Shown here in pieces: positions 39,341 to 47,397 of a stretch of DNA of 64,000 nt. The notes beneath the pieces are model-generated. The model did no database searches. It had not been told where the DNA came from and worked only from the letters and a program-made list of their open reading frames with translations. A program made the translations under genes and the position numbers. The DNA is from Tubulanus polymorphus. Lineage: Eukaryota; Animalia; Nemertea. The DNA lies in the NCBI RefSeq assembly GCF_964204645.1, contig NW_027437431.1, forward strand, positions 177,463 to 241,462, in the 5' to 3' direction. How positions within the stretch are numbered: the first letter of the stretch is position 1; every line of letters starts with the position of its first letter.

Positions 39341-40149
39341 CTGAAAGTACATAGGTCATCTATGATAGAAATGCAAAAGCAGCCAAAATCATCACAATCT
39401 ATTCATAATTAGGCACCCAGGGATAGAAAGCCCACTTGGTGAAATGCAATACAAAATAAACAGTGCTGTATCAAACTAATATTTGATCTCTAGATTTTCA
39501 GAGTGGAAATCGTCGTATTTGACCTCAACGCGAGGTTCGAAATCATTCTCATCTGTGAGAAGCGTTACGGTCGTTCACGTCAGAGTGGAGAACAATGCGA
39601 TAGACCTCGATGTGAGGTTTGTAACCTTACTCGCCGGTATGAGAATCATCGGACTTAGCCTCAGCGTGAGGACCGTGACTTTTCTCGTCCGTGAGAAGGT
39701 CGTGTCGACCTCAGCATGAGGTTCGTAACCATTCTCATTCTAACTCAATTCACATTTATGGCCCCATGCTGTGGAATATGACCCGATGAAATTTCTCAAT
39801 GTCATATAATCTCAATGAAATTTCATTGATGTCAAATGCCATTTGAGATTGTCAAATAAATCTAAGAAAGCACAAAACTGTAGTTCAACCGTTTTCATGA
39901 GTTATTTAGAACCTAGCAGGAAATTGTATCAGCTACTTTTCATGTATGGTTGAAGCCTGCTATGATAGTTGACAGCTGAGAAATTTGGCAATAGCTTTTT
40001 CTTGCTTCTGTATTTTCTTCTTCTTGGGCTAATGATAGGAAATTACCGACTGGAAACCGCCCATGAAATATTACAATTTTTGTAGCTAAAATTTGTATTT
40101 CCGAGTAGTACTTACCCCTTCCTATGGTGGGAATGATGGGAAATACAAA

Positions 40150-41345
40150 AGAATTCTGGGGTTGTCGCATAGAAGGTTGAGAAGTGGTAGGAACCATTTC
40201 TGAGCTGGCTAATATGGAGCTACCAGAACTATGTTGCAATTGACTGATCTCTCTACTTGATCCAGCAGGCACCGGAGGACTGGTGTGGGAGGGAACGCAC
40301 ATGTATGCATCCCTGACCAGTCCAGAGAGAAGGCATCGACCCCCATGCTTCCACGTCTGAAAACGGGAAATGAACAGCGGACACCTCCGATTGAACTGGG
40401 TGGCAAACAGATCCAGCAGAGGATTGCCGAACATGTCTCGAACCCGATTGGCCACTTTTTTGGTGGTGGACCCATTCTGTCGCAATAGCTTGACCTTGAC
40501 AAGAAAAAGCATCGGCCATCATGTTCCTTTTCCCTGCTAGATGTGCCACAGTCAGGGAAACGCCCTTTGTCTGGCAAAGAAGAATTTAGGCTGACAGGTC
40601 CATGTGGGTTTCTGAGTGAGCGCCCCCTTGATTCTGAAGGTAGGCCTTCACTGTTCAGTTGTCCGTGGCTAACCAAAGGTGGTGGCCCTCCACTCTCCTG
40701 TGAAAGAACTTCAGAGCCTTCAACACGGCCAGAAGTTCCAGGAAATTTATGTGGTTGGTGGCCTCTTAGCGAGACCACTTTCTGGCCTTGACTTCGTTCT
40801 CCAGATGCGTCCTCGACCCTTGGTGGCTGGGATCCGTGAATACACGAACAGGAGCCTACGACTAAGATTCATAGTTGCCGCCCACCAACGAAGGTCTGAT
40901 CTTAGATCCGTTAGAGGTACGGGAATCAAGGTCTCCCAGCTGCCCTTCGACCGAGACCAGTAGACTTTCCAAAACTGTTGCAAGCGCCTGCTTCTGAGGC
41001 GGCGTAAGGGCATCATCAGACCGATGGAGCTAATGGAGCCTAGAAGCCTTGACCAGTAACGAGCTGTATTCGGGGTTGCGGAAACTCCCGCTACAGCTTC
41101 TTGAAGTTTGGCTTGAGCCATGGATGAAAAGACCTTGCCGATTCGAAGATCGAAGTCCATGCTGAGATACCTGAACTGTTGAGCCGGCGTCAGCTGAGAG
41201 TTCCCCGTTTACACAGAACCCTAGCTGGTGAACTAAGTCCAAGACTGAGGTCATTGCCTCCCGACATTCTTGAGCCGAGTTTTCGACTACTTACCAGTCG
41301 TCGAGGTAAATGAACAGTCAAACACCCCTGGACTGAAGCACCTTC
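40150..41345 (-). mobile_element. DIRS1-type retrotransposon remnant (RT, RNase H, methyltransferase-like region)
   Basis: IYLDDW; HINFLEL, DNSTV, HLAGKRNMMADAFS; DLFAT, DAFSLDW...AFPP. Frameshifted. Confidence 0.8.
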
Positions 41346-41355
41346 TGAAATGACT

Positions 41356-42416
41356 TGTGTGAAGTCAATGTATATGTTATATGTAAAGTTATTTGTTTGT
41401 ATAAAGTGTAACGGTAGTTGGTCGTTCTTTTGTTCGTTCTCTTGTCAGTATTCCAGTATTCGGTAGTATTGTGTTGTATTGTTGTTGTTGTCTGGTATTG
41501 TTATTTTCCCGCCTCAAAGTTTATTGGCATATCCGTTTCCGGGTTACTCCCGCATTTTGTGTAATATTTTTGGCACTTGGTCGTTCGAGCTCCTCGGAGT
41601 ATCAGTGCTTGTCTGTGTGCTTGCTATATTGGAATCTCCCTCAGTCGTCATGTAAGTTTTGTGCAAATTTATATTAATTAATTATTGTAACTGTTTACAA
41701 CATTTCCTACCCTTATAATATTTGTTTTTGTAGAAACGTGTAATATTCGTCGTTTGTTTTTTGTCGTCGTAATTTGAAAATAAACGCATCAATGAGAAGT
41801 ATCGACTGACTTCGTTTGTCATCTGCAACACTGTTTATGACGAGGGAGATGGCATCACTTGACGAGAAGGTTAAATCGAGAGCGGGTTTCAAGGCCAACG
41901 TCACAAAAAGAAGCAACATCCTTCGGAAGGCGTTAAAAGAAGGGCTACCGTATGATGATGTAAAGAAATTAATCGACGACGTTACACAATCGTGGGAAAA
42001 GTTCGAAAACGCGCACGACGCCGTTCATTGTCTGTATATCGAAGATGATGACATTGAAAATTCATATATGTATTTCGATCGGGAAGAGAAAAAGTATCGC
42101 GAGTTGCTAGAAAAGGCAACCAAAGTTCAAAGTCCTGTGGTTTCGGATTCCGTAGCTGCGTCAACAGGTAATAGTGATAGTGATCTTGCTGCGATGGTAA
42201 AAAGTCTAAAACGAATGGCTTTACCACAACAAGAAGTGCCAATTTTCGGCCATGATCCTATTGAATATTGCTATTTCGTAAAAGCTTTTGAAAATATAAT
42301 CGAAAGTAAAACCGATTGCAGTAGCCAAAGGCTGTATTATCTAATGCAATATACGCGCGGTGAGGTGAAAGAGTTAGTGCGAAGCTGCATGGAGCAACCA
42401 CCAGACATCGGGTACT
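41356..42416 (+). mobile_element. BEL/Pao LTR retrotransposon 5' LTR (~41356-41830) + gag, truncated by the viral array
   Basis: TG...AATAAA...CA LTR-like segment. gag (DUF1759-like) LPQQEVPIFGHDPIEY..F...FE...QRLYYLMQYTRGEVKELVRSC...GY, open up to the junction. Confidence 0.8.
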
Positions 42417-42686
42417 CACAGCCCGTGGTGGTCTGTGACAGTGGAGGTTAGTTAAAGTTCGAGGCGTGTGACTAGTCGGGGGGAATAACATAGGCGGCTA
42501 CGCCGCGATAGTTAGTCGGCAAGGTCGGCTGCGCCTCCGGCGGTACAGATTACATCTGAGTGTATTAGTCTACCAACGGAAGCCCAAACCCTAAATAATA
42601 TTAGTCGGAAAAATCTGAGTTAGAGGGTCGCAACCGGTTCAAACAATTTAACATCTCATACAGGTGACTCGTACTTTTAGTATCAA

Positions 42687-43769
42687 ATGCCATCGTTGAA
42701 ACGGAGGCGAAACGGATTTACATTGCCCGGTTTACCACATTGCGGTCCATTCAACGATATATCCAGTTACAAAAGCGAAGGAATAGACGAAGTGTGCCGT
42801 ATTCACGACAAAGAGTACGGAGAACTGCAAGAGAAATACGGTAAATGGGCTCCGTACTTCCAGTACAATTCAGCGGATCAGACATTTTTGGACAGTGCTT
42901 CGGGTGTGAACGGTGTAGGTGCGAGACTAACGTCGAGTGTATTCAGAGCAAAACGGGCGTTATTTCCAACAATGGCGGAAGAACCGGCATTAAAAAGATC
43001 AAAGAGAACGGCGGAAACGGGGAGCGAAGAAGGGAACGCCCAACAAATGATGACTCACATGACGGAAAAGCCGTCACTACACTATAAGAGCGTGTTAATA
43101 CATAGAGGTTACCTAACGTTTACGAATTGGGATCCGGACCAGGCGTACGGAGCATTCGGAAGAAAAGCGAAGATTTACTGTTCGGGAATGAGAACGTTTA
43201 ACTTCGGATTAAAAGAAAGAGAAGGATGGAGAAGATTTCCAGCCAGCATGGATACCATAGGGATGTGGGATCAATTCAAAGTGACTTCGGGTAAAATAAC
43301 GTTATACCCCATAGCGAGCGAAAGCGCGGTAAGCTCTGATTCGAACGCGTTCCAAGATCCGATAGTATGGTTAAAGACGGCAGCCGATTGGGACTTGAAA
43401 GTGAAAGACTCGGCCGCCAATACTCACCAGGGATCGCCGTACGCCGATATAAATTTATTAACTCAAAAGCAAAGCTACAGGCAATACGAATTAGGTCGGG
43501 GATGCGTTAGCATGGGATTACCCATGTCGACCATAAGAACCGAAATACAAGACACGAGTGACCCGACAGACGTTACCAGATCGGTGAATATCGGGGATAA
43601 CTCGGCGTGGTTAGACGGAGCGTACCGCGATCATTGGCAATCAGCCGCGCTCATTATGCAAATGTTAGTGTACAACGATTCGATACACGCGGATTTAAAC
43701 ACGCCCCATACAGAAATTATCGTTCCAGCGGAAGTGGAGTTTACGATGATTCATAGAAACAGAGTATAA
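42687..43769 (+). CDS. Viral capsid protein: parvovirus-type PLA2 (VP1u) + CRESS-like capsid domain, copy 1
   Basis: LPGLPHCGPFN (Ca-loop), DEVCRIHDKEY (HDxxY), PYFQYNSADQTF. WDQFKVTSGKITLYP resembles a circovirus/CRESS capsid motif. Basic NLS-like patches. Confidence 0.85.
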   Translation: MPSLKRRRNGFTLPGLPHCGPFNDISSYKSEGIDEVCRIHDKEYGELQEKYGKWAPYFQYNSADQTFLDSASGVNGVGARLTSSVFRAKRALFPTMAEEPALKRSKRTAETGSEEGNAQQMMTHMTEKPSLHYKSVLIHRGYLTFTNWDPDQAYGAFGRKAKIYCSGMRTFNFGLKEREGWRRFPASMDTIGMWDQFKVTSGKITLYPIASESAVSSDSNAFQDPIVWLKTAADWDLKVKDSAANTHQGSPYADINLLTQKQSYRQYELGRGCVSMGLPMSTIRTEIQDTSDPTDVTRSVNIGDNSAWLDGAYRDHWQSAALIMQMLVYNDSIHADLNTPHTEIIVPAEVEFTMIHRNRV

Positions 43770-43770
43770 T

Positions 43771-44079
43771 ATGATAATAACTTTCCTATTCTTGGCATCC
43801 GGTTTCCTACACGAGTACAAGTGGCACGTATATACTAAACGTATCATGAGTAGAACGCAACGATTCATGAAAATAAGAGACGAAGTGGCGAACGAGTGGG
43901 TCATCAAACACGACGTCAACGAAAATCGGGTACTAAGGGAACAACACATTACAGAAGTAGCGAAAAGGATATTCTACTACCGGGAAAAACAATGGGAACT
44001 AAGTCGAGAAACTGGTCGTTCACAACCGACAATCGAGCAGAAGTCTGCCTCGAAAGTCAAATCGGAACGTCAACAGTAA
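43771..44079 (+). CDS. Small viral ORF overlapping rep 5' end (102 aa; 77 aa from ATG 43846), copy 1; repeated every 3,406 bp
   Basis: Starts 1 nt after the capsid stop and overlaps rep in another frame. No recognisable domain. Confidence 0.45.
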   Translation: MIITFLFLASGFLHEYKWHVYTKRIMSRTQRFMKIRDEVANEWVIKHDVNENRVLREQHITEVAKRIFYYREKQWELSRETGRSQPTIEQKSASKVKSERQQ

Positions 44080-45395
44080 CCGTACACATAGGTCCGCAAG
44101 AAGATCCGGACGGTTACGCGCACGGAGTAATAATAACGTTAGCCAAAGGTACGCAACGACCGTTGAAACAGAGCGAAAACGCGATTAGACAACTGTTACA
44201 CTCGCTAGGCATTAGATTAGTTAACGACTACATCAAACCGACGGAAAAATTAGGCGCCTACATTCAATACATGTACAAAGAAGCCGACAAAATACCGGAA
44301 GAATTACGAGGTCACTTGGAGGTGAAAAACTCGAAAACGAACGACGACTTTTTCGGCCAAAAGATAAACGCGTTATACGCGGAATACCAACAAAGACCGG
44401 GACTAGCCGATTGGACGGCGAGAATAGTGAAGGAGTTCGGTTACAACGTACCCGAACTGAAAGTGAAAAGATCGTTTAAAAATTGGCCGGTAAGGGTAAA
44501 AGATATTACGAGAAACGCGGGTGACTTTGCGTTGAAAATGACGGACATAACAGAGCCGAAATTGACGCCGGAAATGGGAGTAGAAATTATAACGAAATGC
44601 CTGGATAACGTTCAATCGGCGATGTGGGATGGTAAACATATAAATAAACGTGACCTGCTGGTAATATTGGTGAACGCGGCGATCGAGGGAGGTACGAGTA
44701 AAATCAGAAACGCGCCTCATATAATATTTTACGGAGATGCCGGGTCTGGTAAATCGATGTTGGCTAAATTATTGTTCCCGGATTCGATTACGAGCCAAAT
44801 GCCGACGGATTCGGAAGGCGTAGGAGCGTGCGAGATGGGAGGAGGACAACGTATATTCAAAGTCGACGACGCCAGCGACGCTTTTTGGCACAACTCGGGG
44901 TTGTTGTCGATGATACTCGCGATGTACCAGTCCACCTGGGAGGCAAAAGTACATTCTAGTAAACAAAGTAACCCGCCGTGTATGACGGTAATTACGACGA
45001 ATTGTAAGAATCCGTTAGAGAAGTTCGCCTCTACAGTAGCTTTGGAAGCTGTGGAAAGGAGATTCTTGTCGGTGTATTTCAAAGGTAAAGCAGATTTGGG
45101 AAACGTAGTTTACGACATTACGCCGGGCGTATGCGAAGAAATATTAGAAATAATAGTTAACGAAATTAGACAAGGTAGATATCTGGACAACCAAGTCCAC
45201 TTGGACGACTGGGAAACGGATGATGACGTGGTGATACCGTTCGAAAAAGAAAGAAACTTCATCGAAGCGTACCACGTAGGTCACATGTCGGACGCGATGC
45301 ATCAGAATATGGAGGAAAGGTTAAAACGTAAACGTAAAGAAGAAGACGATACGAATGAAACTCTTAAGTTCGCTAAACGCGGGGAAATCCTGTAG
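43992..45395 (+). CDS. Viral Rep/NS1-like protein (HUH-type endonuclease + SF3 helicase), 467 aa, copy 1
   Basis: Motif I SRNWSFTTDN, motif II-like GYAHGVI, motif III YMYK, Walker A GDAGSGKS, Walker B IFKVDD, motif C VITTN, Arg finger ERRF. First ATG at 43992 (ORF track starts at GTG 43896). Confidence 0.9.
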   Translation: MGTKSRNWSFTTDNRAEVCLESQIGTSTVTVHIGPQEDPDGYAHGVIITLAKGTQRPLKQSENAIRQLLHSLGIRLVNDYIKPTEKLGAYIQYMYKEADKIPEELRGHLEVKNSKTNDDFFGQKINALYAEYQQRPGLADWTARIVKEFGYNVPELKVKRSFKNWPVRVKDITRNAGDFALKMTDITEPKLTPEMGVEIITKCLDNVQSAMWDGKHINKRDLLVILVNAAIEGGTSKIRNAPHIIFYGDAGSGKSMLAKLLFPDSITSQMPTDSEGVGACEMGGGQRIFKVDDASDAFWHNSGLLSMILAMYQSTWEAKVHSSKQSNPPCMTVITTNCKNPLEKFASTVALEAVERRFLSVYFKGKADLGNVVYDITPGVCEEILEIIVNEIRQGRYLDNQVHLDDWETDDDVVIPFEKERNFIEAYHVGHMSDAMHQNMEERLKRKRKEEDDTNETLKFAKRGEIL

Positions 45396-45406
45396 TTGGC
45401 AATGTA

Positions 45407-45412
45407 AATAAA
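45407..45412 (+). terminator. Polyadenylation signal after rep (repeated in each unit)
   Basis: AATAAA 11 nt after the rep stop codon. Confidence 0.55.
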
Positions 45413-45452
45413 TCTATAAATAGAATTCTATAAATTTCTCAATTCGTTACTA

Positions 45453-45566
45453 CCAGTGGACCCGCAGACCCGCGGACCCACTGGCTGTTCGTTTTTCATG
45501 GTCTACCCCCCCTTATATATATAATAAGGAAAGAGAAGGAGGGTCCGCGGGTCCGCGGGTCTGCGG
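45453..45566. promoter_or_regulatory. Putative viral origin: inverted 8-bp iterons around an AT-rich core (repeated in each unit)
   Basis: RGACCCGC repeats at 45458-45479 and their complement at 45541-45566, forming an 18-bp perfect IR. Central CCTTATATATATAATAAGG. Confidence 0.6.
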
Positions 45567-45650
45567 TATTCTCTAAACCGAGAATCGAAAAGTTAATGAA
45601 ACTAGGTCGGAAAGATAACAAATTATTATTCAATATATCCTAAAGCTTCT

Positions 45651-45700
45651 ACGAGGTTGGTCACGCGCTCGCTACGCTCGCCAGCGTGACACAACCTCGT
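45651..45700. promoter_or_regulatory. Stem-loop (16-bp stem, one bulge) with GCTC-repeat loop (repeated in each unit)
   Basis: ACGAGGTTG-GTCACGC / GCGTGAC-A-CAACCTCGT, loop GCTCGCTACGCTCGCCA. Confidence 0.6.
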
Positions 45701-46092
45701 GGACGCTCCAAAGATAATGAGTATGTGCTTGATAATGAGTGAATTAATTGGGAACCCTATAGCGGGTAAAAGGTAAGAAGTAGAAATTATAGGGTTAGGG
45801 GTTATCATTATACTCGGATGCCCACAGCCCGTGGTGGTCTGTGACAGTGGAGGTTAGTTAAAGTTCGAGGCGTGTGACTAGTCGGGGGGAATAACATAGG
45901 CGGCTACGCCGCGATAGTTAGTCGGCAAGGTCGGCTGCGCCTCCGGCGGTACAGATTACATCTGAGTGTATTAGTCTACCAACGGAAGCCCAAACCCTAA
46001 ATAATATTAGTCGGAAAAATCTGAGTTAGAGGGTCGCAACCGGTTCAAACAATTTAACATCTCATACAGGTGACTCGTACTTTTAGTATCAA

Positions 46093-47175
46093 ATGCCATC
46101 GTTGAAACGGAGGCGAAACGGATTTACATTGCCCGGTTTACCACATTGCGGTCCATTCAACGATATATCCAGTTACAAAAGCGAAGGAATAGACGAAGTG
46201 TGCCGTATTCACGACAAAGAGTACGGAGAACTGCAAGAGAAATACGGTAAATGGGCTCCGTACTTCCAGTACAATTCAGCGGATCAGACATTTTTGGACA
46301 GTGCTTCGGGTGTGAACGGTGTAGGTGCGAGACTAACGTCGAGTGTATTCAGAGCAAAACGGGCGTTATTTCCAACAATGGCGGAAGAACCGGCATTAAA
46401 AAGATCAAAGAGAACGGCGGAAACGGGGAGCGAAGAAGGGAACGCCCAACAAATGATGACTCACATGACGGAAAAGCCGTCACTACACTATAAGAGCGTG
46501 TTAATACATAGAGGTTACCTAACGTTTACGAATTGGGATCCGGACCAGGCGTACGGAGCATTCGGAAGAAAAGCGAAGATTTACTGTTCGGGAATGAGAA
46601 CGTTTAACTTCGGATTAAAAGAAAGAGAAGGATGGAGAAGATTTCCAGCCAGCATGGATACCATAGGGATGTGGGATCAATTCAAAGTGACTTCGGGTAA
46701 AATAACGTTATACCCCATAGCGAGCGAAAGCGCGGTAAGCTCTGATTCGAACGCGTTCCAAGATCCGATAGTATGGTTAAAGACGGCAGCCGATTGGGAC
46801 TTGAAAGTGAAAGACTCGGCCGCCAATACTCACCAGGGATCGCCGTACGCCGATATAAATTTATTAACTCAAAAGCAAAGCTACAGGCAATACGAATTAG
46901 GTCGGGGATGCGTTAGCATGGGATTACCCATGTCGACCATAAGAACCGAAATACAAGACACGAGTGACCCGACAGACGTTACCAGATCGGTGAATATCGG
47001 GGATAACTCGGCGTGGTTAGACGGAGCGTACCGCGATCATTGGCAATCAGCCGCGCTCATTATGCAAATGTTAGTGTACAACGATTCGATACACGCGGAT
47101 TTAAACACGCCCCATACAGAAATTATCGTTCCAGCGGAAGTGGAGTTTACGATGATTCATAGAAACAGAGTATAA
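46093..47175 (+). CDS. Viral PLA2-capsid protein, copy 2
   Basis: Identical protein to copy 1. Confidence 0.85.
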   Translation: MPSLKRRRNGFTLPGLPHCGPFNDISSYKSEGIDEVCRIHDKEYGELQEKYGKWAPYFQYNSADQTFLDSASGVNGVGARLTSSVFRAKRALFPTMAEEPALKRSKRTAETGSEEGNAQQMMTHMTEKPSLHYKSVLIHRGYLTFTNWDPDQAYGAFGRKAKIYCSGMRTFNFGLKEREGWRRFPASMDTIGMWDQFKVTSGKITLYPIASESAVSSDSNAFQDPIVWLKTAADWDLKVKDSAANTHQGSPYADINLLTQKQSYRQYELGRGCVSMGLPMSTIRTEIQDTSDPTDVTRSVNIGDNSAWLDGAYRDHWQSAALIMQMLVYNDSIHADLNTPHTEIIVPAEVEFTMIHRNRV

Positions 47176-47397
47176 TATGATAATAACTTTCCTATTCTTG
47201 GCATCCGGTTTCCTACACGAGTACAAGTGGCACGTATATACTAAACGTATCATGAGTAGAACGCAACGATTCATGAAAATAAGAGACGAAGTGGCGAACG
47301 AGTGGGTCATCAAACACGACGTCAACGAAAATCGGGTACTAAGGGAACAACACATTACAGAAGTAGCGAAAAGGATATTCTACTACCGGGAAAAACA

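Noticed and set aside
39913-40085. Additional host exon
   Set aside because: An acceptor-like site exists, but all frames meet stops before a convincing donor.
42417-42451. Functional BEL gag-virus fusion protein
   Set aside because: The frame stops about 11 codons into viral non-coding DNA.
42595-42604. Canonical CRESS nonanucleotide origin
   Set aside because: TAATATTAG differs from TAATATTAC and has only a 4-bp stem. Kept only as a weak candidate.
43896-43991. 32-aa N-terminal extension of Rep in the ORF track
   Set aside because: Starts at GTG. The ATG at 43992 has good context and directly precedes motif I.
45790-45801. Telomeric repeat (TAGGGTTAGGG) suggesting herpesvirus-like telomere integration
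   Set aside because: Under two units, and the insertion site is a BEL gag, not a telomere.
43695-45808. Antisense ORFs in the viral unit (84, 105, 117, 65, 60 aa)
   Set aside because: No motifs, mostly non-ATG starts. They recur only because the unit is duplicated.
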